DNA from: Amoebophrya sp. A120
Taxonomy: Eukaryota; Protista; Dinoflagellata
Assembly (NCBI GenBank): GCA_905178155.1
Contig: CAJINV010000013.1
Coordinates: 1,678,281-1,742,280 of the forward strand
Direction of reading: 5' to 3'
Length of the DNA stretch: 64,000 bases
The notes under the pieces are model-generated. The model ran no database searches. It was given only the letters and a program-made list of their open reading frames with translations, and was not told the DNA's origin. The number at the start of each line of letters is the position of its first letter. Within the stretch, counting starts at the first letter, position 1. Position numbers and translations under genes: made by a program. Positions 1-12,696 of the stretch are shown here, piece after piece.

Positions 1-1749
1 ATTCTTTTCGACGCAGACCCGCTGAGATTATTGGCTGCATCCAGTTATTGGTTTTTAGAGCAACTGCAACTCTGTCACCGTTAAGCAACTACTCCGGTAA
101 GAAAAGTGCTTTTTGGTACTTATGGTGTCCTGGCTGCAATTTTCCATCTGATAGACTGGCTCCGAGTCACGCAGTCCGGCGGCGCGCAGCGGATAATCGT
201 AGGGTCGCTGGGGAAACCGAATTTTGTTTCTCGGTAGTATGAAGTCGTAGTAATGGGTTCGATGCATTTTTGCGTGTTCATCTTCATCCGTAAGTAATCT
301 ACTTGACATACACGTGAACTTGCTCATGCACGCCGGATCTCCGGTGTTACAGAAATAGGTGCATGCACCAGGAATTTTTTTGCCTGGACCCAGAACCAGC
401 TGCCCGAGTTACGATTGACAAATAAAACTCTTGCTAGCGAAAAAATTGTGGGTCAGGAACGGAGTGTGGCCAAAAAAGTAGTTTCTCTTTGATTTCGTTT
501 TCCTGCATCGAACTGAAAAAACTCCATGCATTCCGCGGATACTCTCGACGTCGTAGGGATCTTGAAACCCGTTTTTGTTGAACCTGTGGTCAAAATGCTG
601 ATGACATGATGGTGCTGACATGATGGTGTATGAAATTTACCAGTGTTCACCCGCATGATAAGTCGCATGATTTGGATTATTTTTTCGTACGGTAGTCATA
701 AAAGAAAAATTGCGAAAAATTCATACCAGCTCCAATTCCCGTCCTTCCTCCACATTCCGATTTGGTCCCGGCTCGTTACTGCCAACTTCTCGGCTTTGAT
801 GAGCGCCTCCCCGCGCACGAGGTCCCACCCGACAGGGTCGAAAGCCCGACCCTGTTTCAGCTGAAACGTCATTTTGGTGTAGTTTTATGTCGAGATGAGT
901 TCTTCTTCTTACGTTTCCTGCGTTGCTATACGACTTCAACGTTCTTGCCCTGTCGCCAAGAATCAAACAGTGCCTTTCCGTCTACGCTTGTTGTAGCAGG
1001 TGAGTTTTACCAGTAGGAAAAAGTAGGTTTCGCAGTAAAGCTCTCTATTCCGCCCAAATTCCTATGCGATACACGATTTTTGCCTACGACAAGAAGGATC
1101 CGAAATGAATGCCGAGGCGTCAAAACAACAGCATCCTCACACAAATGAACGAATAGTATCGACCAGGAATCGATAATGTCGAAGATTCACGTCAAGATGG
1201 CAATACGCGTGGCAGGGCCTGTGCCAGTTTCTACGTAATTCGACGGAGGTGTCGTGCACTTTACAGATGCTACATTGTACTCCTACCACAGACAATTTCT
1301 ACAGTACCGACCTCTACGCTAATTCGCTCTGGCAGCTCGCTTGGAAAACAGCGCTCACCATTCGTCTGCACACCGATCTTCATCGGTATAATTCATATGC
1401 CATACGTCCGCGATCCAGAAAGCGAAAACGACTTACTTGTGGAACAGCAAAATTCCGGTATCGACTTTATTCCCAAAGACAAACTGCGACATGATTTGTT
1501 TCTCTTCGGGCACTATGCACTGCTCTGAGTTCTCCTCATGTACTCCTTTCTTCGACGTCGCAGTACTATGTAGCTTGTGTAGCTCCAGAGATCGATGTCG
1601 GCAGCGAAGATGAAGAAAAAAAATGGCCATACATCGCAACTCGCTCCGTCCTCCCTTCTCCACGTGATGTTGACGTCGCCGAGACCACTCTTAAAGCTTG
1701 TCAACTCGGCTTTGTCGACCGTCGACTGCAACAAACTAGGGACCACTAC

Positions 1750-4700
1750 TTACTTTTTCCCTTTCCTAGTAACCGCGTGCTTCAATGTTTCGCGCAAAAA
1801 CGCCGCCTCCGTGCCCGTGCGCTCCGCTTGTTTCCAGTCCGCAAAGTGGATTTCCGCTACAGTCCACCCCAAGCTTTCCAGGCATCTGGTGCGGAACGCG
1901 CTCGACCCGGTAGTCACCGCGTGCCGCCGGGAAACTAACGAAGAAGATCGCGGCAAGTGGCGCAGCTCGTGTTTCTCTTCCCGGTGCTGGTCTTGTTGTT
2001 TTCTCCTTGCGCCATCCGCTTGCCCGTCGTCCTCTAGGCCGCAATTCGAAACGGTCCCGTCTTCCTCGACTGGAAACAAGTAGTGCCCAGGTCCGTTCAC
2101 CTCAATCGCGATTTTTAGTTGCGGCAGCGCGAGGTCGATTTTGGTCCACGGGAGCCCCGGGACGGAAAACTCTGGCACGACGGAACAATACGTGGTGGAA
2201 CGACGCTGGCTACAGCTTTGCGTGTCAACAATGGCAGGTTTGGCGTTTGTAGAGAAGCCAGAAATGCTGGACAGCACTCCGGCAGAACAGTTGGTGACAG
2301 TGGAACCGCTGGAGGAACTGGACACTACATCATGATCGTCGTTCTCACCACCCGAGAGCTCTTTCGCACGGTCGTCCTTCTTGCTGGAATCTGTCCCGAC
2401 ACCGCTGGAGAAGACTTGCCGTAACACTTGTTCCTGCAACACCTTGTGCACTTTCTGGTGTAGCAGCGACACTGTCGGCGCCACCGGGGGAGTGTACTGC
2501 ACCTCCGTCAGAAGGGTGTCGATCGTGCGCAGTACGTTAGGTGTTTTGTGGTCGTGCTCCTGGTCTTTCGGGGCTACCTCGACAACAGAATTTTTCTCCC
2601 CCTCGCTGTCGCCCCTCATCGAAGGCAACGTGGTCAGTTCTGATCGCAACCACAGCAAACTAGCTTGGGGTATGATCGGGAAGAGACGGTTGCAAGAAGG
2701 GTCACTTGTTCCTTTTCGAAATAAAAATACCTAGTATCCGACGTGATTCATCCACTTGGTCATGCACATTTTCTTGCGAGAGATCACTAACTTGTGTGTA
2801 GTCGATTAACTCCTGCTCTCGATAATCGTCAACATGCTTAATTTCCCAGAACATCCAACTCACACGTGCTCTTTTCCGACATATGCAAGGCCCGCGCCTC
2901 CCAGGAATCCGGGGTGAGGATCCACGATCGCCCCCGCCGAAAAGTTGTTTTGTTCTGCATCACCTCAACACCTAGGCGCTGTACCAGCGCCGACGCAGAC
3001 GCAACGTCCGCAAAAACCGCCGACGCCCAGAGTAAGAGCACGATGGAAGAATTGTTCATTGAACAATTACTACCCAATGTGTCTGGGTTGTTCGAAATCA
3101 TCCTGGCTATCGCGTCCCGGTCCTGTTTCAGCTTGCAGAAGTGCTGCAGCGCACGCAAAATGTAAAAGTCTTTTTTGTTTTCATCCCGCTGCTCTGATTG
3201 CATGCCTCGTGCTGAAGTCACGGAAAGTGTTCCTCCGCTGTGCTGGTAGGTAGTTTGTGGAGAACGCAATTGCCACTGTTTCTGTTTGTGATCAGCCACA
3301 GGCTCATCTTCGCAGCCCCAAAAGGTAGAAGGCTTCCAATTCAGAGACGCGCAGCTGTGCAGCAGCGTCGCGGCTTCAGCAAACGTCAAACTCTGGGCGG
3401 GAAGGAAAGACCGTAGGAAATTGATGTTGGTTCGTACTCTGGCGGACTGTGACAGGGAAAAATTTGGTCGTGACAAAAAAAGAGTCAGAGGCGTTAACGA
3501 GTTCTTGGTCTGACATGCAAAAATCTACTTATATATAAACGAAAATGAAAACCTAGAAAAACATTCAGATTGATTTATTCTTTTTGTCCGCGGCACTTTT
3601 TCCCTTCATAACGGCAGCAGAAGTTTCATCTTCGCAGCGGCCCAAATGCACTGCACCGCGTCCAAGGGTTTGCAAACCGGAGTCGTTGGGCGCCATTGCG
3701 GCGCCGGCTGCTTGTCATCGCCCTTTTCGTAGTTCCCACCCCTGCTTGTACTTATCGCCGGAGATGTTTCTTTCTCGACCGGAAAAAACACCCGGTTTCC
3801 GAATTTTTCGAATACTGGGCGCAAGAACGGCATCTCTAGAACGTCGGCTTCGTGGTGACCCGCGAAGGTGCCAAATGCCCACAGCAGCGTGGCGGCGGAC
3901 TGGGCCTGCTCGGACGATGCGCCGCAAATAAAGTTGCGGTGAGCTACGGTAAAATTCTTGCTCGGTGGGACAGAAGACGGTCTTTTTTCTTGGCCTGCTG
4001 TAATGACGTCACCACCTCTCCTACTGCTGTGTAGTGTACTATCCTTCCTATGATCCGAGTTGCGCCCTGGTGCCCGCTGCTCCCGTCCTTGGCGCTCTCC
4101 CGTCGTATCACACGAGAAAGAAGACGAGACAACCGTTTTTGCAAACTGGGCCCACCACGCAACGTCGTGCAACTTGAACTTAGCCGCGCTCCACGCCACC
4201 ATGGCGTAACCTTGCAGCGTGAAAGCGTCAGTGCTGCGAACAGGAAAATATCCACCATCCGTCGTCGAGCCACGTGCCCTCTGTGCTAGTCCTTGATGTT
4301 GTCCCTGAACAGGAAACGTGCCGTGTGCTTCGCTCGTCGAAGACCCTTTCTTAACGACGCTCGCAAAAACCCTCTCCACCAAGTCCGCATACACCTGCCT
4401 CCCTTGCTCGGTGTGGTGGAGGTAGCTCTTGCTCAACCCAGTGGAGGCGCAGCCGCTGATGTACTGCCGACTTGTTTGCGTGGATGGTTGTTCCGCAGGA
4501 GAACTCCTTGCGGGAAGCTCTTGCTCTGTAACTTGTCCGTTTTCGTCCGCGTTATCGTTAATCACCGTCCGTGAAGTTGTGACGCCCCCGGCGGAGTAGA
4601 GCGGCATTGTGGACGAGGAAGTCATCATCAATCTCGCGTACGTGTAGAGCAGCATGGCCTGGCTCTGCGCTTCGAGGATGCTAGTCAGCGGAATGTCGTC

Positions 4701-7621
4701 GCGTCGCTGCGTCGTACAACTCCCTTCAGAACTTGTTGCTCTCCTACCTGTACTTCCTCCCATCCGGTCGTGTCTGATCATGAATTTTTCTGCTGCACTA
4801 CTAGAGGTAAAGTGGCCTCCTGCCCTAAAACACATTTCCGTCAACACCGCGCCAAATTTCACCGCGGACTCACGCAGAACCGCCGGGTCCGCGCCGTTGT
4901 CCTGGAAGGCTGTGTGCGCGTGCACCGCGCAACACACGTCCCGCTGGAAGGACAGGGGCTGGAACGCGGGCGACGCCGCCGTGGTTCGCACGGTGTGCGA
5001 CAGCGCGTCTTGCATGCGCTGCAGCCCGGTCGCGGTCGGAAACGCGCCCAACTTTGCGAGGCCGTGGCAGATGTGCGCGACGTCGAGGGACTTCAGGTGG
5101 CACAGCGTCTGCTCGCCGGGCGACGGGACCGAGCTGAGGCCGTCGAACTTCGCGGCGAGTAGGTGTCCCAGCTCACGCCAACCTTGTTCGTCAATGCGAA
5201 ACAAGTTCTGGCCGGGCCGGTCGGACGAGACCAACTCGTCGTCCCGGTGGCACGCGAGAAGCGCCCGAATTTTGCCCAAATTGAACAGGATTTGCGCGAA
5301 CTCCCGCATGCGCAGCACGCTCCCGCTGGAGCCCCGCAGCGCGGCGAACTCCACCAACACGGCCTTCCGGATGGAGTCCAAAAACTTCGCCTCTCTGCTG
5401 CCGCTGCAATTGTGGTCCGCGGCGGAGAAATAACTGTGTAGGACCGCCTGCGGCAGGCTTCCGACTGCATGCAAACAGGCCGCACAGTCTAAGGGGTCCG
5501 GATATGGAAACGAAAAGCGGCCCAATATTCAGCCAATCCTGACCGTTGGCGGGGCCGAAGCATTTTCGCGAAGCCGGTGCGACTGCACGCAGTACGCAGC
5601 CTAAGGACTTCAGCGACGCACAACTTGGGTGACGCACTATCTAACGATGCGAAGGCGCACTACCTAAGAAAGGAGCTGCAACGCACTACCTAAGGAAGCG
5701 GCGCACTACCTAACGAAGCGACGCACTACCTAAGGAGGCAACGAACTACTTAAGCACGCGGCGCACTACCTAAGCGGCGCACTACCTAAGTTAAGTAGTG
5801 CGTCACTTGATGGGTGTCGCACGATTTTTTTACGCGAAGCGCTATCATCTCAGCAAAGCACTACTCCCGAAGCAAAGCACTACTTAAGCGCAGCAGCCGC
5901 ACCCCTGAAGCGAGGCGCCGCTTCACCTAGCGAGGCACCACTCAGCTGAAACACTTTTATGCAAAGCGCCTGAACAACAAGACACCTCCTAAAAGAAGTG
6001 CCTAACCGAAGCGCGTAAAAATGGGTTACTCTAGCGAACCACCCAAAGGAGGAGTATTTCCCACTTCAGCGAAGCACTTTGGCGAAAGAGGGTGCGTGGA
6101 AGAATGGTACGTAGGTAGTAAGGCCGGAGACAAACTTAATTTGGCACGCCCGCCGGTCGATTAGGGTAGGGCAGCTTTTCTTCAGTGCCATACATGCACC
6201 AGAATCTTTGACAGATCCAAGTCCGTTGCGAAAAGCAAATCACTCGTGTTCCGCAGCTGCAGTGTGGAACAGGAGTGCAACAGTGAAGCCTGCTCCCCTA
6301 GGGAAAACTTGTGCGGGAAGCTCTTCGTCGCGACCAGCTGTTGCAGGATGCCCTCGCCGCACGTTTGCGCGAGGGCCGGTGCGTAGGTGGTAGCAGCCCG
6401 GTTCTTCCGAAGGTCTGTCCCCGAACTAGCTTCGAAACCCTTCCAGTGCAGATCAGGTCGCGTTTCCTGCCTCGGCGGTGTCGACATCGGGAGAACATCG
6501 CCCAGCTGCGACAGGGCCCACAAAATCCGGCTCGCATCGTTCGCGTGCGTGATGCACACCGGCCAAGAATGATCCTGCGTGGGTTGTTCATCACGGTGGC
6601 CGAGCAACAAATTTCGGCACAAGAAGTCTAACACCGCAACCTTCGCAGGCCGCGCGCCCCCCGGGTCGTCCTTTCCTTTCTCCACTAGAGACGATGAAGC
6701 GTGTTCCGGTACAACACGCGCGTTTGCCCCTTTGGAGTCTCCCTTTTGGTTCCCCGCTCGCCTCGCACCGTCGCCACGCTTGTGCAGAACTGCAGCGCTC
6801 CAGAGCAGATCGGCCACGTCCTTGGCACTCAGGTCTCTGGCACTTCTGCGTCCGAGGTGGTCCGGATTGGAACTATCCAGCGCATGACTTAGATTCAGTG
6901 CCCGGTCGGCTGGCCGAATGTTGTCGTCACACAATACCGCACAACCTTCTAACTCTCGTCGTGTTATGGCTCCATGTCCAACTTCTCTCCCAGGTTCTAG
7001 TTGAACTGGCTCTATTAGCTGTTGCAGTATCGCTTCAAAAAAGACTGCGGTGTCGTCTTCCGAAGTAGAAGAATTACGTGCGCTGGAATTGGCTGTCGAC
7101 GTTTTGTAGTACTTGCGCTGCTTCTCACAACACACGGCAAACTGCTTCAAATGTGCGATCGCCGCTTTCAAAACCGCAGAGCCGGGGCTTCCCTGGCTCG
7201 GTGCGCTTGAGGAACTCGAACTTGTTCCCCGACCTCCTAATTCCGTCGTCACGCGCGGGGACGTGGCGTTGACACTTTCCAGGTAGGCCAAAAATTTCTC
7301 CCGCAGAGCCGCCGGAGTTGCGGTACCGGGGACGCTGTCGAAGCGCAGGCCATCCCGGGAAATCCTTGCCTGCTTTGGTGGAGCGGTGGGCAGAGGCTTC
7401 TGCGTGTCCCGTGAAAACACGTCCCCATCCCCGGGTTGAGTTCATGTGAGTTCTGCCACACAAGTCGTGAAGTTCTGGTATACAAATTTTGGCGATCCCA
7501 CGCACATGCGAAATCCAGTTCAAAGGAGAATGCAAACACTCACGACAGCTCTGGGGCGCGGATGTTTTTACGGCGGATACTGCGGTAGGCATCGCGGAAT
7601 GGGTTTTGGAGCGGCATTCAT
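1750..7621 (-). CDS. RAP-domain RNA-binding protein (~1536 aa, 5 exons joined across 4 TAT...ATA introner elements)
   Basis: C-terminal RAP motif KIDLALPQLKIAIEVNGPGHY...FRTRCLESLGWTVAEIHFADW and upstream helical repeats (VADLLWSAAVL, ASRILWALSQL, AMVAWSAAKF). ORFs 6182-7420, 3606-5525, 2838-3476 and 1750-2658 plus an ATG at 7621 join in frame after removing elements 7405-7579, 5503-6192, 3448-3610 and 2671-2883 (+5 nt each). Confidence 0.8.
2671..2883. mobile_element. TAT...ATA TIR element / non-canonical intron
   Basis: TIRs TATGATCGGGAAGAGACG vs TATGTCGGAAAAGAGCACG. Flanks (minus) TTGCA/CCCCA. Removal +5 nt gives RALQASLLWL in frame. Confidence 0.75.
3448..3610. mobile_element. TIR element / non-canonical intron (TGT...ATA)
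   Basis: TIRs TGTGACAGGGAAAAA vs TATGAAGGGAAAAA. Removal +2 or +5 nt keeps the frame between ORFs 3606-5525 and 2838-3476. Confidence 0.7.
5503..6192. mobile_element. TAT...ATA element / non-canonical intron containing a nested repeat array
   Basis: TIRs TATGGAAACGAAAAGCGGCCC vs TATGGCACTGAAGAAAAGCTGCCC. Removal +5 nt gives ILVHDPLDCAAC in frame. Confidence 0.75.
5633..5890. repeat. Minisatellite-like array of CGCACTACCTAA(G/C), ~20-bp period, ~8 direct copies plus an inverted copy
   Basis: Copies at about 5633, 5656, 5682, 5702, 5722, 5742, 5762 and 5778, inverted TTAAGTAGTGCG at 5791, and degenerate copies at 5857 and 5876. Confidence 0.85.
7405..7579. mobile_element. TIR element / non-canonical intron
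   Basis: Perfect 5-bp direct repeat (DR) CTGCG at 7400-7404 and 7580-7584. TIR TGTCCCGTGAAAACAC vs TATCCGCCGTAAAAACATC. A 180-nt removal links ATG 7621 to ORF 6182-7420. Confidence 0.85.
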
Positions 7622-10553
7622 ATTGAAGAACTAGATCCGATCTTTCTGCAATGTGTCGCAAATCAATGACCTGCGAAGCTGATATTGTCATAAGCAGTAC
7701 GTGCCAGCGCAAATCCAGTTTCTCAGACGGGTACTATACTCTTTTCAACAACAGTCTTGCGCTTGAAGTAAGCAACGCTTTCCAAACATTGAAAAGCAAC
7801 GCACAGAACTTAGAAATGAATCCATTCCCAGGAACATGGAGAGCAAGGTCGATCCTCAGTTGGATCCTGAAAATACACAACAAGCACTGCAGATCTGACT
7901 TTACGGCACAATGACTTTCGGCCAGACACGATGGCGGCATCTCTCGTTTCCCGTAGAACCTAGGATCTTCGCTTCTCATCGATCAAAGCGCGGCACAAAA
8001 AACCAGAACAGTTTTTTCAGATAAAACAGACAAAAAGCACCTGTCTAGTGCCGTTTTTGCACAGACATGCTCTTCGTTTTTCCACTACGCAAGCTTGAGA
8101 CACCGTAAACAGTTATGTTGCGCAATGTACATTCATAATACCAGCAGGTCCACACTAAGCGAAACAGTTATTTGCTTGAATTGTCGTTGTAATAAATTTA
8201 AAACAAAGTAGAAATTAGACATGTGTAACTTGATGCCATGTGAAACCAAATGCGAAGGAATGTGCGTAAGTATGATCAATAAAAAATATGCTCTCGAAAA
8301 ATGTTACAAACCTCTATAATGAACAAAGCTCTTCAATATTTCAAACGTTTCGCTGTGCTACACGACCGCTACTGCTCGATGGGTCATTCGACAGCAAGAA
8401 GCCCTTGGATATCCAACGGAGATCGCGGGTGATCTTTTCTGGCGCTCGACGGACACTGGTAGAGCAGCGAACACGGTGTTCTTTCTCCCCTGCATCAGCA
8501 GTTGCTCTCGGCTGTTTCAAAAGCGAGGCACAGGGGCTTCGACTGGCGAGCCGCAAGATCATTGATTTCTATTCCCAACGGATAACGGCTGTCTTTAGTC
8601 CGGCGAAAAACCACTTCTATTGACAGAGTTTCCAGATTACCACTCCTTCTAGCTCTACTAGTCGCCCCTAGCGTCCAACCAAACGGAGCTAGCGCAGTGC
8701 TCCTGCTCTACGGTCAGATAGTGTTCTTGTGAGTGCTGGCGCGATCTTCCGGGTAGCTATTCGGTAGGTTGGTGGTGACAAAGGTAATTCGGCCTGTATC
8801 TAAAACTGTACAATCTGCGTTCTGGCGATGATCTGGAAAACTTTATCAACAGAAGCAAGTACATCGGTCAAAAGTTGTCATTTCTACATAGTAGTAAAAC
8901 AAGTTCGCGAATGGTTGGCTAGCCCACAGCACGAACCGTTCTGATGGTTGCTAGTCCACCCTCAAGAGAATCCGACAAACGACCCGAGAACTCGCGAGAC
9001 GCGCAACGCGAAAGTTCCCGAGTTATTCTCGTGATCTCGTGTTTTTACTCTAGCGCCCGCCCCGTGGGTACAGGGCGAGTTGAGGGAGATCAACATCACC
9101 GTAAGGGGAAGTATTTTTTGTGAAAACATGATCAAAACACCATGGACACGACCAGAGTACTAAACCAGTTCACGCTTGTTCCTTCTTCCCGGAGGGTGGA
9201 AACTACGCATAAGAATCCCGCCGATCAGTTCCGCTCCAGAGAGAAACAGAACCGGCAGGACGCGGCGACCAAACCTCCCCGGTACTTTGAAGGTGGAGTA
9301 ACAAGCGTTCACTGATCATTCCCCTGTGTGCAGGGCGAGGACAGGAGACAACAAATAAATCCACCTAATCCTCTTGAAATAAAAAGAATATAACGAAAAC
9401 ACCCGCTTCGGAGAACAATCTTCAGATCTTTGGGAAAAAGCATCGTTGTCTCTAGTCTTGCTAACGCCGGGATAGAATCCATTCTGTTGCCGAAGAATTC
9501 TGTTGCGTCTGGTGAGAGAAAGGCGAAAATAACTAAAAATGGCGACTGTCGTTCCGTAGTATTTCTCAGTAATCGCGCACCGTATTTTTCAGCTGCTGTA
9601 CGTACGTAGGAGGTCAGCAAGTCTTTTCTTTTCTATGTGCCTCGCTATGATTACATCTGCACAATACCACCGTCGAGGCATTTCTGGCAGGCGAAGGACG
9701 CCTTCCCAGAAAACCCTGCACGGGATTCATGTACTATCTGTATTCGACATCATCTCGCACGGGTTCGCAAAATTTCCGAACCACGTGCGGCGTATAGAGT
9801 TTCATTACACAGGAGAAACTGGTGTTTCACAGCAGGGCACCATGCGGGACGTGGAAAATTTAGAAGTAAAGGCCTTCTATCTCTACAGTATCGACAAATA
9901 TGTTGAAAATTATTTCTGGGAGTATTTCTAAAGTTTTGACTGTCTGGTGGGGTGGCACGCTTCACGGCATTCCATTGGAGTTCTTTCTTTTTTTGTCCCA
10001 ACATTATGGCAGGCAGGTTAAGGTATGTATATTCATCCCGCATGGTTGTAGCCCTACGATTCACTTCGGTTAACTTCTGGCTCGGCCTAATAGCCATCAT
10101 ATAATAACAAGCGACGCAACAGAAACTCCGGCTAGAGTGGGTCCTTATGTTTTTCCTGGTAAAACTTCTTATAGCCAACACCTCAAAAGGAAAACAAGAT
10201 CGAGTCCTTCATCTCACAAAACGTCGCTATACGTATCTTATCGAGTAGTTACGCAGGGCTTTACTGTTGCGGTAAGTTCTTGTACAGTTCCGTAGAAAGA
10301 TTTTTGGATACACGTCGTGAAGAGCAGCCGCTGCACAGCAGCAACGCCTTTTCCTTCTGTCGGCGGAACTTGGAAATGAAACAGCTTTATTCCTAGCGGT
10401 TCAATTTTTTTACAACATACAACGTCAAACAAGAAGTCGCGCAAGAACAATTTTTCGTGCTGACAATAATTCATTGAACGATCTGGAACGTCAAAACTAG
10501 CACGAATCGGGGAGTTAGTCGATCTTCAAGTGTTTTGTTTTTTCCCCCTTCAA

Positions 10554-10816
10554 TATCAAATGTAAAAGTGTCTGGGTCTGGAAGAATCCGAACTTGTGAT
10601 GCTGCATTGGGATTCCAGAAAAATCTGTATTGCATGAGTACCAAAGGGAATGCTATTTCTGCTACGCTGAGAAGGCATTTGTCACGCGGAATAGGCATCA
10701 AGAAGCCCTCAAAAAATCTGTATTGCTAGCGTATGCATCACAGACATCATGGCTCATGCAAAACGTGCATGACAAGTGTCAGAATCTTCCAGACCCAGAC
10801 ATTTTTACATTTGATA
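10554..10816. mobile_element. MITE, family A (TATCAAATGTAAAA.TGTCTGGGTCTGGAAGA TIR), outside CDS
   Basis: 32-bp near-perfect TIR and perfect TSD TTCAA (10549-53, 10817-21). Same ends as 26217-26478. Confidence 0.92.
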
Positions 10817-10866
10817 TTCAAGATGAACTCAAATGTTAATCCCGACAAAAATAAATCCGCACCTTC

Positions 10867-12408
10867 TCATAAGAATCGCGGATCGACGTCGAGTTTGACC
10901 AAGAAGCCCCAGGCGTTGGAAACTTTCTTGCACAGCATCTGTTTCACCGGCGTCGCCGCGGCCGAAAGCGCAGTTGGGACGACCGCCGTCGCAGCCACGG
11001 GGCTGGTCGGGCAGGCCGCCACTGCGGCGTGGGTCGTGATCTGCGTCGGACCACTACTGCTACCCACGACCTGATCGCGATTTTGCGTCGCCACGTCTCG
11101 TCCCGAAGTAGACACCGGCGACACCGGCCGCAGAACCGGCGGAAAGGCCGGGACGAGGTGAGACGCGGACCCGACCTTGCTGCACGGCGAGAGGATGGAG
11201 GCGGGCGGTGCGACGGTCTTCGCGCTGGTGTTACTATTCAGCCCCAGCAAGACCGACGGTGTCGGGAAGCCGGTGCTAGTCGACGTGAAATCATTACCAC
11301 TCGCTGCTGTTGTGCTGATTGCGGCCGGATCATGCACGCTCTCCTCGTTCGGGTGCAGTAGCCGTATCGCGTCGTTTGCCGACGAGGACAGGACGTCGGA
11401 GGTTGTCACCGTAACATCAGAAGTTGCAGGAGTGCTGTTGGGAGAAGAACCAATATTACCGGAAGCTTCCGCCGGTGTGCCAATGTGCACGAACTTGTTG
11501 TTTTCTAGTTCCTCGGCGAGAATTGATTGAAAGTCCATCCCCGCATGGTGCTGCTCCACCTCGATCATCTCCTGCAACAGCGCCAGCTTGTGCTCCTCCT
11601 GCGGCGTTCGCGAAGCGTTCGATGCTTTTCTCGAGTCTTTCGACAGGGGCGAATTACTGTAGCTTTTCAATTTCATGTTCTCGCTCGTACAGCTGGTGGC
11701 TGTACAAGTAGCATTACTCGCACCCTGCTCCGTCCGTTCCTCAATGTCGGCTGATGCAACGGGAAAGGTGACGAAGTTCTGGAAAAAACTCGCCACGCTC
11801 CCGGCCGCGGGCTGCAGGTAGTTCTGCAGGACCTGCTTGGCTGCCTGCGCCGTACTAGTGGAGGGTGCTGCAACCGCACCGCTTTGCTGCGAGACCGGGC
11901 TGGGCGCCGGAGCTCCTGTGCCGCGGCTCTTAGTGTTATTCATGTTCTTTTCGTCCTGCGCCGCATAGGAGTTTGTTCCCGAGGATGAAGACGTTTCCGC
12001 GGCATTTTCATGCTGTTTCTGGAGCTCCGAGGATGTCGTTGGTCCGCTCGTGTGCTGCTCCAAATGCATTTCGTGGTCCAGTTGCGTCACGCGCTCCATG
12101 AGAAACGCGACTTCCTTTTCCAGGCTGTGGATGTGCTGGTCCTGTTCCTTCAGGTGCTGCTCCTGGTGCTGGATCTGGCAGTAGGCGTCCCGCAACTCGT
12201 GCACCACCTGATGGGGCTCCACGATGCCGCCCAGCGAGAAGACGCGCTTCACCACCGGTTGGTCCAAGTCGCTGTCGAGGACATGGCCTGCGCCCACCGT
12301 GGGACCTACCACTTCGTGCGGCAGGTCCGCGCCCTGGAGGTGTTGGCTTTTGCTATCGTGCTGGTCGACCAGCGACACGTCCGAGGATTTGTGATGCAGC
12401 GACGGCAT
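10867..12408 (-). CDS. Hypothetical protein, 513 aa, coiled-coil N-terminal part and low-complexity S/T/A/P C-terminal part
   Basis: Long ORF with ATG. Heptad-like segment ELRDAYCQIQHQEQHLKEQDQHIHSLEKEVAFLMERVTQLD. No recognised family. Confidence 0.7.
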   Translation of the reverse strand: MPSLHHKSSDVSLVDQHDSKSQHLQGADLPHEVVGPTVGAGHVLDSDLDQPVVKRVFSLGGIVEPHQVVHELRDAYCQIQHQEQHLKEQDQHIHSLEKEVAFLMERVTQLDHEMHLEQHTSGPTTSSELQKQHENAAETSSSSGTNSYAAQDEKNMNNTKSRGTGAPAPSPVSQQSGAVAAPSTSTAQAAKQVLQNYLQPAAGSVASFFQNFVTFPVASADIEERTEQGASNATCTATSCTSENMKLKSYSNSPLSKDSRKASNASRTPQEEHKLALLQEMIEVEQHHAGMDFQSILAEELENNKFVHIGTPAEASGNIGSSPNSTPATSDVTVTTSDVLSSSANDAIRLLHPNEESVHDPAAISTTAASGNDFTSTSTGFPTPSVLLGLNSNTSAKTVAPPASILSPCSKVGSASHLVPAFPPVLRPVSPVSTSGRDVATQNRDQVVGSSSGPTQITTHAAVAACPTSPVAATAVVPTALSAAATPVKQMLCKKVSNAWGFLVKLDVDPRFL

Positions 12409-12696
12409 ATTGCCGGAGACAGAGGCGCGGTAAAATTTCAGGAGGTCTGTACTGATTCTTCACTTGTGCTGCTAGACGTTCGTACGAGTTGTTTTTCTTC
12501 GTATTTTTAGACGTCGTTCTTGGGATTTTGATCGTCAATCGATTGTCTTGTCGGTCGCTTAATATGTGCCCCAGGGGTCGTCCGGGTAGAAGTAAGTTGT
12601 GTGTGTGTTTTGTTATCTCGCGGTTATGTTCTCCGTATGCGGTAACTTCGATTGAAGGTTGGGATTGCGCTACTTGGCCATGCGTTTCTTTGTTTG

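Noticed and set aside
4654-5637. Long antisense or alternative-frame ORFs overlapping real genes (also at 12010, 16620, 37768, 45134 and 56067)
   Set aside because: Shadow ORFs of GC-rich coding sequence.
5633-5890. CRISPR-like array
   Set aside because: The repeat is only ~12 bp with 4-14 nt related spacers, the context is a eukaryotic intron, and there are no cas genes.
10820-10869. TGA read-through or alternative genetic code after the 513-aa ORF
   Set aside because: The frame stays open only briefly, and TGA, TAA and TAG all end other gene models here.
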